NCBI GenBank assembly: GCA_964016885.1
Contig: OZ024753.1
Coordinates: 31,434,001-31,498,000 of the forward strand
Direction of reading: 5' to 3'
DNA length: 64,000 bases
DNA from: Eledone cirrhosa
Lineage: Eukaryota
The notes beneath the pieces were generated by a model that made no database searches, was not told where the DNA came from, and saw only the letters and a list, made by a program, of their open reading frames with translations. Shown here piece after piece: positions 50,832 through 64,000 of this stretch (within the stretch, counting starts at the first letter, position 1; the number at the start of each line of letters is the position of its first letter). A program made the position numbers and the translations under genes.

Positions 50832-51951
50832 GATTTAACGGTAATGCTTAATATCGCACTGTGTTAATGGACAATGTTTTCTATATAGATTTAACGGTAA
50901 TGCTTAATATCGCACTGTGTTAATGGACAATGTTTTCTATATAGATTTAACGGTAATGCTTAATATCGCACTGTGTTAATGGACAATGTTTTCTATATAG
51001 ATTTAACGGTAATGCTTAATATCGCACTGTGTTAATGGACAATGTTTTCTATATAGATTTAACGGTAATGCTTAATATCGCACTGTGTTAATGGACAATG
51101 TTTTCTATATAGATTTAACGGTAATGCTTAATATCGCACTGTGTTAATGGACAATGTTTTCTATATAGATTTAACGGTAATGCTTAATATCGCACTGTGT
51201 TAATGGACAATGTTTTCTATATAGATTTAACGGTAATGCTTAATATCGCACTGTGTTAATGGACAATGTTTTCTATATAGATTTAACGGTAATGCTTAAT
51301 ATCGCACTGTGTTAATGGACAATGTTTTCTATATAGATTTAACGGTAATGCTTAATATCGCACTGTGTTAATGGACAATGTTTTCTATATAGATTTAACG
51401 GTAATGCTTAATATCGCACTGTGTTAATGGACAATGTTTTCTATATAGATTTAACGGTAATGCTTAATATCGCACTGTGTTAATGGACAATGTTTTCTAT
51501 ATAGATTTAACGGTAATGCTTAATATCGCACTGTGTTAATGGACAATGTTTTCTATATAGATTTAACGGTAATGCTTAATATCGCACTGTGTTAATGGAC
51601 AATGTTTTCTATATAGATTTAACGGTAATGCTTAATATCGCACTGTGTTAATGGACAATGTTTTCTATATAGATTTAACGGTAATGCTTAATATCGCACT
51701 GTGTTAATGGACAATGTTTTCTATATAGATTTAACGGTAATGCTTAATATCGCACTGTGTTAATGGACAATGTTTTCTATATAGATTTAACGGTAATGCT
51801 TAATATCGCACTGTGTTAATGGACAATGTTTTCTATATAGATTTAACGGTAATGCTTAATATCGCACTGTGTTAATGGACAATGTTTTCTATATAGATTT
51901 AACGGTAATGCTTAATATCGCACTGTGTTAATGGACAATGTTTTCTATATA
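50832..51951. repeat. Minisatellite, 20 x 56 bp, apparently identical units
   Basis: Unit gatttaacggtaatgcttaatatcgcactgtgttaatggacaatgttttctatata; 1120 bp. Confidence 0.97.
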
Positions 51952-52393
51952 ATAGCAATTCCTGTGGCGGCTATCACGGGAAAAGTTATATATATATATG
52001 TATATATAAACATAGATAGAGAGATAGACAGTTTGAGAGTTATCAGTTAGGCTGAATGCTCGATATTAAAAAAATGTAGAACACGGTTATCATAATGCGT
52101 TACTGCCCGCAGACAGAGCTCTTGCAGTATAGACGTGTTTATAAAATACCACGCACACGCACACGCGCATATACATACATACATACATACCTACCTACCT
52201 ACCTACCTACCTACCTACCTACCTATTATATATATTGTGTTTACATTGGTTTTTCCAATTGCTAATGCTATCTATCCAGGTAGGAGCAACGTGAAATACA
52301 GTGTCTTGCTCAAGGACATAATGCATCGCCTGGTCCGTGAATCGAACTCACAATGTCACGACTGCGAATCCAATTCTCTAACCACTCAGCCAG

Positions 52394-52549
52394 GAAAGGA
52401 AATCCAAAATGCAACTGGAGTCTTTTTTGAGAAAAACCACGAACAAGCCATCTCAATTCTACTTTTGAAAAGCATAAGAACTGTGAAATGAAACCGGTAA
52501 AGGAAAGAAACAAATATTCTTAAAAAGACTCCATTTTCGATTTCGTTTC
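52394..52549 (+). mobile_element. Short element with imperfect inverted ends and a U3-A8 hammerhead-like motif (52462-52502)
   Basis: gaaatccaaaatg..gagtcttttt / aaaaagactccattttcgatttc; CTT-TTGAAAA-...-GAAA-CCGG-TA-AAG. Confidence 0.45.
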
Positions 52550-54248
52550 ACTCGTGTAGGATATCGCCTTTTTTTCATATATATATATATATATATACTC
52601 TTTTATCCTTTGACGCTGTAACTAGTTTGAATAATTCCACTGCGGCTTCTTTTAAGGAATCTTAGTCAATTACATTAACCTCAGACCATTAACCTTATTT
52701 CTCACTCGTACTTATTCTATTTTGTGGTTCTTTGACAAACGAACACGCACACGCACAGTGTCCAAAAACTGTATACACACTACAACAGCATTCTAATAAT
52801 TATTGCCTGTGTAGGTAATCAAAGTATGTATACATTTTTGGACACGCACACGCACTGTATGTATATATGACTGTATGTATACAAATAGATTTTATGATAT
52901 CACAATACCACTACCATATATATAAAAAGCTGAGTGACATCGGTAGTTTTATTCTCTAGTAGAGAATAGCATTAAAAGAGGACGCTTATAATGCATGAGT
53001 AATTTAGTAAACTATCTGTATAGAATGTATTATATAACGTTAATAACAGCTTGTTATAACACTGCAAGATGGTACAACAAAAGATTGATTCCAAAAGAAC
53101 AGCGGTTTTGACAAGGAACCGTATTCCAAATAGAATACAAATTGCTCTATGAAATTTGCCTGAAGCAGATATTTCATAGGCAAGTTTTTTTCCAAGATTT
53201 TCAAATCTCTTACGTGTGTGCCATTGTTCCCCATTTTCTTGAATTTCAATGAACGGCTGTTGGGACAAACACAGCTGAAAACACTTCCACAGCTTTGCTT
53301 CTCACTAGTTGTGCTATAATATTACAAATGCAATTATTTACAGCTATTTGAGCTTAGCAGGTTTAGTAGCTCCAAATGCTCTCCAAATGCGCTCTCAAAA
53401 TTATCTAACATTCAAAACTATAATTTCTGATATCCCTTGCCGTCCAAACATATTTGCAACCATGATACAGCTGTAAAGAAATCAAGTGCAAATGAGAGAA
53501 ACAATGGTCAAATCTCCATGGATATGATGCCAACATTTCAGCTCTTGCCTGTATGCAAATATGACCAGATGATAATGTACTATTAATGAAACAATGTTGA
53601 GGCTTGATTGTTTGGTTGTGTGTATTTATACACGTGCATGTGTGTTTGTGTGTCTTTCTTTCTTTATTTTTTAATCATATTAACAAAATAAACACAAATC
53701 AAAACTTACATGTTGTAATAGTGCTAACAATTTTATTTTCAAATATTTTTAAATTTAATTAAAATTTTACTTCATAGTTTTTTTTTTATAAAATAATATT
53801 TTTCGCTTATACAACGTTTTCCCACCACAACGTTACTTTAATTATGATTTTTTTTTTTTCTGTTAATATAATTTTCTTTTTCCTTGTTTAAAAATTCAAT
53901 TTCTTCCCTCGCATCACATCTTATTAACCTGAACATCTCTGTCCTGATTTGTTATACTGTTATTTTAATTTGAGGAGATAAAATAGCCAAGCTCTGCTGC
54001 TAACTGATTGATTGTAGTGTCAGAATTAAATCACAATTTACTAGTTGTTGTTTTGTTTTCGTGTGTGCTTGATATTTCATATTTGTTGCTGTTTCCTGCA
54101 ATCAAGTAATGTTTTTCCAAAGTAACAGGCAGTAATTTTCAGCATCATTCTTAATATTAAGACCGTTGTACAGCACTAACTGATGATGAATCACCAATCA
54201 CGTTTATTGTGTTTTCATTCTATTTTATAAAACAAGTATGATGATGAT

Positions 54249-54732
54249 AATAATGGTTTCTTATATAGGCACAAGGCCAGCAATTTTGGGGGAAGTTCAT
54301 TAAATCGACTCCAGTGAGTGACTGGTACTTTATTTTATCGACCCCCGTAAGGATAAAAAGCAAAGTTAACCTCGGCGGGTTTTGAACGCAAATCATAAAG
54401 GGCTGTGACTCTATGCTGCTAAGAATAATTGTTTATACATTTGGCACAGGGCCAGCAATTATCCCAGTGTATTACTGGTACTTTATTTTATCGACCCCGT
54501 AAGGATGAAAGGCAAAGTTAACCTTGGTAGTAATAATAATAATCGTTAGAGCGTTGGGCAACGTGCTTTGCGGCATGCACTTACTGCTCTTTATGCTCTT
54601 AGTTCAAACCCCGCCGAATTTAGCTTTGCCTTTCATCCATGCAAGGTCGATAAAATAAAGTACCAGTAACGCACTGGGGTCGATTTTAATCGACTTTTCT
54701 CACCCCTCAAAATTGTTGACCATGTGCCTAAA
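54249..54732. mobile_element. Cluster of three S1 SINE pieces (two on the minus strand, one on the plus)
   Basis: 54249-54422 (-), 54425-54527 (-), 54541-54732 (+). Confidence 0.8.
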
Positions 54733-54734
54733 TC

Positions 54735-55206
54735 GCGCAGATCTTTTGTATGTTCAAACCGTCGGTGATAATCTTCCGAACCCTATCACGGTTCATGCTC
54801 AACTAACTTGCGATCTATGCAACCGTCAATCGACGATCACCACTCACCACCTGCCTCACGCTGGGGTCGTATTCCACGCCATCACGTCTGTTTGTCACTC
54901 GAAAACCCGTGAGCGCGACATCATCTCATCTCCGTACACTTGCTGCAGTATTCTGAGTACCTCTGACTGAGTTTTCCCCACCTTCACGCTGGTTCGTTGT
55001 TCAGTTCCCATCGCTTGACGGTAAAAAATTGAGGAGCTGTTAATAAAAGCTCGTGAAAAATAACGTAAAATAACCGCAGAGAGCTGAGATCACAATTATA
55101 TATTCTCCCAATATTACGTCAGACGGTGACGCAACATGTTAATCTCTATCTCAGTCATAGCTTACATATCACACTAAGTCCTGTTACGTTTCTGATACAT
55201 CTCGTA
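54735..55206 (-). pseudogene. Mariner transposon relic (N-terminal HTH region and left end)
   Basis: GKTQSEVLRILQQVYGDEMMSRSRVFE*; DRRLTVA*IAS*LSMNRDRVRKIITDGLNIQKICA; end reads TACGAGATGTATCAGAAA. Confidence 0.7.
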
Positions 55207-55555
55207 CGCATTTATATATATATATTTCTTGGTATATGTGTATGCTCTGTGTTATTTTCTGTAAAATATAGACACTAGATGTCATGCTGCAAAACACAAG
55301 GAGCATTAGAAATCGTGACGGTCCGGGTGAGGAATTCTTTTCAGTTTTGGTATTCGTCATTGTTGTAGTTATACACTATGGCTGCATGCATGTGGGCTCT
55401 ATATTATTCACGGTCTCTCCATTGTATAACTTAATGTGTTCACTCTGGTGGTGGGAATTTATTTATTTCTCGCTTCATTGAGTGTTTAGGTACTACCTCA
55501 AATAATTCAAATGTTCTTGCGCTATTGCAACTCCAACCTCGATGTGGTACTTGAA

Positions 55556-55674
55556 ATAATTGTTTCTACTTTAGGCACAAGGCCAGCAATGACCCAGTGC
55601 ATTAGTGGTACTTTTATTTTATCGACCCCCATAAGGATGAAAGGCAAAGTCAACCTCGGCGGGATTTGAACTCA
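55556..55674 (-). mobile_element. S1 SINE, truncated
   Basis: Tail, core and B-box. Confidence 0.8.
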
Positions 55675-55741
55675 ATAATGATATAAAAACGCGCACGCAC
55701 GCACGCACATACATACATACATACATACATACATACATACA

Positions 55742-56340
55742 TGGTGGCTGCCAACTCGTTTTCGAGTACGGCCACTACTTTATATCCATGTAGGAGAACC
55801 CCTACGGATGCGCTGAACGAGTGTGACTTTTTAGTCCAGCCAGCGATTTGAAAACTCTGGTACAAACACTACACTTTTGACAATTATTGACACATAGTGC
55901 TGGGCCCATGGTACCATCTGACAAGTGCAGAGAGATCTCCAGATATAAAGCAATGCCTGTGCCGTGAAGCTTTTATAGTGAGCAAAGGCACTGCACAAAG
56001 CCAGTCCCACTCTCTTAAACAAGATATGTACCAAAAAGAAGAACAAGTCAACATCATTGGATACCATCAGGGTTGCAGGTGTTATATCAGAGTTTTCCTT
56101 CTCCTAGAATTCTGCCTTGACAAAGGCTAAGGGGTCATCTCTCCCGGTGATTTTGGATGGCCATTGACTCTTAAGAGCTCCTTTGCCCTTTGACAGGTTT
56201 TGTTTTTAGTCCTGCAGGATGTCCAAAGTCACCCTCCTCACCAAGAAACCTTGGTGGGGTTGCCAGTTTAGTCGCCAACGACCCGACCATGAGACAGGTT
56301 GTACTGGGATACATGTTACCAGTAGCACCAACTGGTGACC
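55742..56340 (-). mobile_element. Probable RTE-type LINE 5'-region fragment between (TACA)n tracts
   Basis: gagttttccttctcctag...tgcc...aaggct and tttagtcgcc...gaccatg motifs resemble RTE 5' UTRs as I recall them; not verified. Confidence 0.4.
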
Positions 56341-57455
56341 ATACATACATACGTACATACATACATACATACATACATACATACGTACGTACGTACGTAC
56401 GTACGTACGTACGGTATGTGTGATATCAGTGAGTGTGTATGTGTAATATATGTGTACAAATGATTTATTGTCAATTCTATGGTTGAAGAAACACACGAAA
56501 TATTGTTTTCTTCTCGTCAATCGGTGTTTATTGATCTGCTTAACACATCATATCACTTTTACTTTTTCTAATGCATTTTATATCCAAATAAATTATTTCA
56601 CGTCTTCATTATTCAACAAGACTATATTTTAAATAGTAATTGGTAAAAGAAAATCTTTAATTAAGTCCCAGCGAAAATTAGAATTCAACAAATATCATTT
56701 GATTAATAAACAAAAAATATATCTAAAAAAATCCAGCTATAAAATATCAATAATGAACACGGAGTTCAAAGGAATTATTTTTTAATACACATCATGTATA
56801 ATAATTATTCTCGGAAGGGTAATTAATGAAGAGAAAACAACATCCACATGCAAAATATCGACTGAATTATGCAAATTTGTCCATCAACTCCCCGACTGAA
56901 GCTTACACATTCTCGCCCTCAATTTATAGTATAATGCTATTCCAGCAATATTTTGATACGTTGACCACTTTAGTTTAGCTTTTCTACAAGCTTCATGTAT
57001 GTTTTTACTTTATGATAATTATCTATTAAACTGTCAGTGCTATACAATATCAGACGGGTGTGATTATCTCATACAAACATAATTCCCGGTTTTGGTCTGC
57101 ATTCATTTATCTATTTTTTTGCTTTTAGGGAATCTTTCGACTGGTTAAATTAAATGTGAAACATTATCAGTGTTCCATTTTATAGTGCAAGATCCTTGTA
57201 TCGTTTATGTAACAGATATATCTTTGTTATGTCAATGAAACTCAGTTAATAAAAATTATATATATACACACATGTATATATATATATTTTCAAAAATGTA
57301 TACACACTTCAACAGTATTCTAATAAATATTGCTTGTAGAGGTAATCAAAGTGTGAATACATTTTTTGGGACACCCTGTATCATCTCGTTCTCTCTCTCG
57401 CTCTCTCTCTCTCTCTTTCTCTTTCTCTTTCTCTTTCTCTCTCTCTCTCTATTTT

Positions 57456-57506
57456 AGTTTCAGAAGATCCCGTTAAGGGTGAAAGCAGCTATTCTTTGCT
57501 TAAACT
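57456..57506 (+). ncRNA. Hammerhead motif, CAGAAGA (U4A) core variant
   Basis: AGTTT-CAGAAGA-T-CCC-gttaa-GGG-T-GAAA-GCAgctattcttTGC-TT-AAACT. Confidence 0.55.
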
Positions 57507-58179
57507 TTAATCTGTTATTTTAATAAATATTTGCTCTACGGTTCTTATATATTTGATATATATTTATCCTTATCGAGCCCTCTTTTAGTCTTCAAATTTA
57601 TTATTATTTATATATATATATATATATATATGCTTTATATATATATATATATGCTTACATACATGCAAGCATACGTAATATGATTGTGAATTTGTGAATA
57701 TAACGTAATAGAGATACATTGATATATTCGCTGGTTAAGGCAGTTACGATTTTATCCCGCATTATTTTTGTTCATCTTTATTTCATGAATGATGCTACTT
57801 TTGCATCGTCATTCGACAGAAAACAACGACTATTTGTCTAATCGCATATAAACGCAATTGTAATATCAATAGAAAATGTGGACACAGAAAAAAAGAAAAG
57901 AGAACTAAAACTAGTATCAAACACTGGTTATATAATAAATGATATGGATCAAAGTGTAGCAAATTATGACATTCTTCACACGGTTTATAGCTACACAGAG
58001 AGCAACTAAATATTTTGTATAACTTATGACGAAATGATTCTGATAATTTCCAATAGCTAAACGGTGGAATATCTTGTATATTCATGACAAATATGCTGAT
58101 AATATATTTCAATGAATTTCTGTATATGAAAGTGAATGTGAAATGTTTCGTATTTGTAGATATTATTTCTGTAATCATT

Positions 58180-58271
58180 CCCGCCGAGGTTAACTTTGCC
58201 TTTCATCCTTACGGGGTCGATAAAATAAAGTACCAGTAATGCACTGGGTAATTGTGCCAAGAGTAGAAACA
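58180..58271 (+). mobile_element. 5'-truncated S1 SINE with 18-bp TSD
   Basis: attatttctgtaatcatt at 58162-58179 and 58272-58289. Confidence 0.9.
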
Positions 58272-58769
58272 ATTATTTCTGTAATCATTGAAACGGAAAT
58301 GGAAACTAACACAGAAATATTTGTACGTTTCACTACACATAAAAGTTTTTAATCTGCCTCTCTCTCCCGCCTCTCTCTCCCCTCTGTCTCTCACTCCCCT
58401 CTGTCTCTCACCTCTCACCTCTCTCTCTCACCTCTCTCTCTCCTCTCCCTCTCTCCCCTCTCTCTCTCTTCTCTCTCTCCCTCTCCTCTATCCCTCCCCC
58501 CTCTCTCTCCCCTCTATACCCCTATATATCCCCCCCCCCTCAGGTAGATAGAGAGTAGCAGATAGATAGATAGAGTAACAGATAGAGAGAGACAGATAGA
58601 GTAGTAGATAGATAGATATAGTAGTAGATAGATAGATATAGTAGTAGATAGATAGAGAGAGAGACACGTTGATAGAGTAACAGATAGATAGAGATGAGTA
58701 CCAAATATATATAGAGAGAGAGACAGGTAGATAGAAAGATAAAGAGAGACAGGGACAGACAGGTAGATA

Positions 58770-59040
58770 GATAGATAGATCTTTAGACAAGGGAAGAAAT
58801 GGAAAAAAATTGATATATTTTGAATTGTTCGAAGATAGATACATAATTGAAGATAGCAGCTGTTCTGACCACTGACCATATTGTCAACACTTTGTGAAAG
58901 GGGCAGATAGATAGATCTCTAGACAAGGGAATAACTAGCTAGGCGGATAGATTGATATATTTGGGATTGTTCGAAGATAGATACATAATTGAAGATAGCA
59001 GCTGCTCTGACCACTGACCATATTGTCAACACTTTGTGAA
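58770..59040. repeat. Local tandem duplication (~130-140 bp x 2) after CT-rich and (GATA)n tracts
   Basis: attgatatatt...gtcaacactttgtgaa at 58809-58898 and 58951-59040. Confidence 0.85.
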
Positions 59041-60168
59041 CGAGACAGAGAAAGTGAAGACCTAGAGAGAAAGGTATGAAATTATCATTTCCAAAACAAA
59101 ACCTAGTACAAAGTAGTTGTTTTATTATACAGGTATATTATTCTGTTATAAACTAACTTCATCTTTAACTATTCAAAACGTGTACATACTTTTTCCATCT
59201 TTCGCGATTAATATTGGCATGTGTTGTTTACTTCCCTTCGCGATAAACGAAAAAATAAAGTTTTGAAATGTCAGATAAATATTTTGTAACAAACTGATAT
59301 CAGGCTCCCCAAACCCCACTCCATATTATTCTGTTTACTAAATATTCGTATTGAACTGAGTAAAGTATTGACAATGTTACGTATTTCATTGTTGTTTAGG
59401 TAATTGAGATTGGTATTGTAAGACTAATTATATTATACACCTTTGTTTATAGAATAATTGAGAAGAACTGTTAACACATTCCAGAAAATAGTATAACTTA
59501 TATAACTGTACTTTGTTGTGCCATCATACATATATTTATGTACATGTATATATGTGTGTGTGTGTATGTGTGTGTGTGTATATATATGTGTGTGTGTGTG
59601 AATATATATGTATATAGATATAGTGTTTGTGTGTGCTTGTGTATGGCGTGTATTCATGTGCGTGGACATGTTTTCCTTATGTGTGATACGCTTATACTTT
59701 TACGCACGAACATACACAAACAATTTGATATTCTCATACACTTTTGATGATATATATATATATATACTGTGTGTGTGTGTGTGTGTGTGTGAGAGACGGA
59801 GGAAAGTAATCATACATCATAAAGATGCAGACTAAAAATTATTATTAGAAGTTTATGGAATGGATGTTTTTGCATGCATACTTCAACTACATATTTTATC
59901 TCTCTCTTTCTCTCTCTCCCACTCATCCGTCTCCTTTTGTCTACGTCATTCTTTCATTTCTTCTTTACACAATCAATATTTACACAAAATATATGTGATT
60001 CTTCAGGTAGCATTATTTGTCACTTTACATGTACTGGGCATGCTGAAGGCTGTGTCTCAGTTAAGCTGCAGTCTAATCGCTGAAGCCAAAATAAATATAA
60101 AAATTAAAACTAAAGTTTATAGAAAGATCTTCTCAATATATTCCATACATATTATTTATATGACGTAT

Positions 60169-60360
60169 GGCGGTGGATTGGCAGTATCAGTAGAGGGTCG
60201 GACGTCATGCTTTGACGCATAGAGTTACGGCCCTTTCCATTCTGAATTCAAAACCCGCCGAGGTCAACTTTGCCTTTCATCCTTGCGAGGTCGATAAAAT
60301 AAAGTACCAGTACATGTACTGGGTAATTGCTGGCCTTGTGCCAAAAGTAGAAACAATTAT
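60169..60360 (+). mobile_element. S1 SINE, full length
   Basis: Head, A/B boxes, core and tail. Confidence 0.9.
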
Positions 60361-61955
60361 TTGTATGAGATATAATGATTGTTTTCCAACGCTTAACTCA
60401 TTGAGATAGTTATAAGCAAACTTGAGGAGCTGGAATTAGCAGCCAAATACTCCTGGAAAATATACATTACCGTCGTAACAAAATAAAATGATATTTTGTA
60501 CAAGATAACCATGCACTATTTTATATATCTCGGGTTATCATTTGAGCACATCTAAACATACGTCTTCTCTATCAGATCTAACCCGGAGCTAAATGAGAAA
60601 ACGATATTTATGAATATATAAATCTATAAAACAGTTGATCTACAATAAAAAACAAAACAAAAATAAAAAATTTATATATCGATTGACTCTCAATGAAGTT
60701 GAGATATTATAAATAATTTCAAAATATTCAGTTTTTGCTATTTAAAAAAAAAATTTATTGTTCTATTATTGAATTAATTTTAACAATTGAAGAGATTTCG
60801 TTGGTTTAATAGATTAACTTTGGTAACAAATTAACAACGACAACACGAACATCAGCACGATCATCAAAAGCAGTAAATACTAGAAACAGTTCGATGTCGA
60901 ACGACAACACTAATAGTTGATTCGGCGTAACATAGTTAATTAAATCATTTTAAAATCAATCTGACCAGCGGCCTGCTAACCATGACCATTCCATGTTTTT
61001 GTATGTGTAGCAAAATATTGTTTAATGTGCTATTTCTGCTTCTGTTTTGACGATTGGTTGTGTTTTGAGGGGATTTGACTACTACTAATCGACCGATGGA
61101 GAATCAACTCTCTCAGTAACGCATCAACTGTATAATTGTTTCAGCTTATGAACAAACATAAATATTTGGCTTTATTTTCAAAACAAACTTTTTCTCGGCA
61201 ATGTTTTCACTAGTTATCGATTTTCTTGATAAGAAGGTATCAATTATTTAGTAAGAATTCCTAATACGATTAACTTTCCAGGAAATTCTACTGAGGAGAA
61301 AATATTAATAAAATTATGAAAGCCATAGTCCACATAGCAGACACAGGGACTGTCACGATTGAGTCAAGCAGGAGAAATGGTGACATTGTGAGAGAGAGAG
61401 ACGAGGGGAAAAGAGAAAAAACGAAAGAGGAAAAATTCGAGGAGGGAGATAACATTTTTGTCCTTTTATTCGTATAAATAATTAGATTGCTCCATTGTAA
61501 ATACCGCCTTCAATCATATAGACACGCACTCACAATCCTTAGTATTTATTTCAGTATGGGCCTTATTTATCGATCCCTCGTTATCAGATCACTCAATTAA
61601 GTTTATCTCACAAGGAGACATAACTCAACTAAACTGTATACAGCTCTTCCTCCCCCTCTCTCTCTCATATCTGGATTACTATGAGATTCTTACGTATACC
61701 GAGGTTTCAAATCATAAACATAAATTTTACTAATTACCATGGTTAAAATAAACGAAATAATTAACAAATTAAAGTCAATTGCTATCATTTGTAGATATGT
61801 CTTTTTAGTGCTACAAAATATACACTATCCGTTGAGATTTCGAGTTGACAACTAACCTGCATGCGTTGTTAGGATACGTTGGTAACGCCACGCTGGAATA
61901 GATGGTAAACCATGTGTTTTAGCATCAAATAGATAGTAAAGAGGTTCATATATTA

Positions 61956-62340
61956 ATGTTTCTACGTTAGGCACAAGGCCAGCAATTACCCAGTGTATTA
62001 CTGGCACTTTATTTTATCGACCCCGTAAGGATGAAAGGCAAAGTTAACCTCGGCGGGATTTGAACTCAGAATAGCAAGGGCCGTAACTCTATGCGTCAAA
62101 GCATGGCGTCCGACCCTCCACCGATACTGCCAATCCACCGCCCTTTCATAATAATTGTTTCTACTTTAGGCACAAGGCCAGCAATTACCCAGTGCATTAC
62201 TGGTACTTTATTTTATCGACCCCGTAAGGATGAAAGGCAAAGTCAACCTCGGCGGGATTTGAACTCAGATCGTAAAGGGACGTAACTATGCTGGAAAGCA
62301 TGGCGTCCGACTCTCTACCGATACTGCCAATCCACCGCCC
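61956..62340 (-). mobile_element. Two tandem full-length S1 SINEs
   Basis: 61956-62143 and 62156-62340; tttcataataat duplicated at 62144-62155 and 62341-62352. Confidence 0.92.
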
Positions 62341-62629
62341 TTTCATAATAATGATGACTTGTAACTTGAACTGAATTCGTGGGTGACTGTTTGGATTAGT
62401 CTCTCAAAACATATTGTTATTTCTTAAATACACTTTGATTACACGAGGCAGCATATATATATATATATATATCGATTTATCAAATATGTCTTCCAAAGAA
62501 AATTCTGTTTTATTTCCTTCATTGATTCAGGTTTTTTGTGCGGTTTCTATTTATATTGTATAGTTTAAGAGATCATATTTATGTTCTTCAATCATACATC
62601 CTACCACTAACATCTCAGCATCCTTGTTA

Positions 62630-62921
62630 TATACATATATCTATATACACACACGCATATATTCACACATTACATATATATATGTGTATGTGTGTGTAGA
62701 TATATTTTCATATATATGCATAAATACACGCACACACAAGCGCAAACACGCACACATTACATATATGTATGTGTATGTGTGTGTAGATATATGTATACAT
62801 ATATATGCATAAATACACGCACACACAAGCGAAAACACACACACATTACATATATGTATGTGTATGTGTGTAGATATATGTATACATATATATGCATAAA
62901 TACACGCACACACAAGCGCAA

Positions 62922-63015
<94 letters not shown>

Positions 63016-63065
63016 GCACACACAAGCGCAAACACACACATATATATATATATATGCACGCACAC
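62630..63065. repeat. Degenerate ~85-bp tandem repeat built on CA/TA microsatellites
   Basis: tatatgcataaatacacgcacacacaagcg recurs 3 times. Confidence 0.8.
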
Positions 63066-63303
63066 ACTTATCTAAAGTTTCATTTTATTAAATATACTAT
63101 TTACTATCTATTTTGGAAACACTTCTTTCTCTCTCCCTTCTCTCTCTCTCACTCTCTATGTAAATATATATATATATATATGTCTACATCTCTCTATATA
63201 TATGTCTATATATGATAACTTCACTAATATATTATCATACCTTTCTATGTTCATTTTTGGGTTTCCGTCGTTCCCTTTCCCCTTCCATTATTATTTTTCA
63301 TTA

Positions 63304-63489
63304 GGGTGGTGAATTGGCAGTATCGGTAGAGGGTTGGACGCCATGTTTTCTAGCATAGTTACGGCCCTTTACAGTCTGAGTTCAAATCCCGCCGAGGTTA
63401 ACTTTGCCTTTCATCCTTACGAGGTCGATAAAATAAAGTACCAGTAATGTACTGGGTAATTTGCTGGCCTTGTGCCTAAAGTAGAAACA
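63304..63489 (+). mobile_element. S1 SINE, full length, with 16-bp TSD
   Basis: attattatttttcatt at 63287-63302 and 63490-63505. Confidence 0.92.
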
Positions 63490-64000
63490 ATTATTATTTT
63501 TCATTTTATTCTATTTTTCGTAGCAGAAAACAAATGGGAAAGATAAATTAATTAATATTGAATAAATGAATCAATGCAAGGAACTATATATGTCTCTGTG
63601 TTGTATTCATGTCATGAAAAGATCTCTTATTTTATGACTTTGATTAATATTCTAGACAATCTGGAACCTATTTGGGGCTTCATCCAATTTACTCGAGAAT
63701 TTTCTACTGTTTTTCGTATTTTTTCCTTCCACTTCTTTATCCTGTTTTTTATCATGGAAAGAAACCAATTCAAGCCACATAAAATTCAGTGTGTATCTTT
63801 AATGTAATCTTGTAAATTATTTCGTTCCTTCTATATCTTTAGTCTATTATAAATTACTTTTGTTTATTTAGCAATCTGTAATACAATACACTTGTTTTTC
63901 TGTTGGTATATTTTCTTGCGCTAGACGTATGGTAAATGTAGTTCCGATAGATGCACATCTCAACTTCTAGACTATATATTCATCATCATTATTGCAGTGT

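Noticed and set aside
50832-51951. CRISPR-like regular repeat
   Set aside because: Units are contiguous with no unique spacers, there are no cas genes, and the context is eukaryotic
46200-53600. Possible host exons in unique-looking stretches (46200-47000, 48800-49400, 53050-53580)
   Set aside because: Frames are interrupted and show no recognisable protein similarity; small exons or UTR cannot be excluded without RNA-seq
61288-61330. CTGAGGA...GAAA string
   Set aside because: No credible helix II or UH site; CTGATGA at ~54180 and CTGAAGA at ~10965 were rejected for similar reasons

Overview
This is AT-rich animal DNA made almost entirely of repeats. The SINE families and (TA)n load suggest an octopod cephalopod, which is an inference. 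I found no supportable host protein-coding gene. The window holds an ~11 kb (TA)n array with a 200-N gap, an apparently intact full-length L1/Tx1-clade LINE (34994-~40690), a near-complete Penelope-like element (PLE; RT plus GIY-YIG) with 675-bp inverted pseudo-LTRs, and two further PLE remnants. It also has R4/Dong-like, RTE-like and mariner relics, about 20 tRNA-derived SINE copies, Tc1/mariner-type MITEs and a 20 x 56-bp perfect minisatellite. The main hidden signal is about 15 hand-folded type I hammerhead ribozyme (HHR) motifs from roughly ten sequence families. They include non-canonical cores (U3-A8, U4A, U4C/A6U), one with a ~95-nt helix II, and a family of half-hammerhead palindromes. 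Nearly all sit in short fold-back elements embedded in (TA)n tracts. All RNA structures were paired by eye; no folding, alignment or database search was run.
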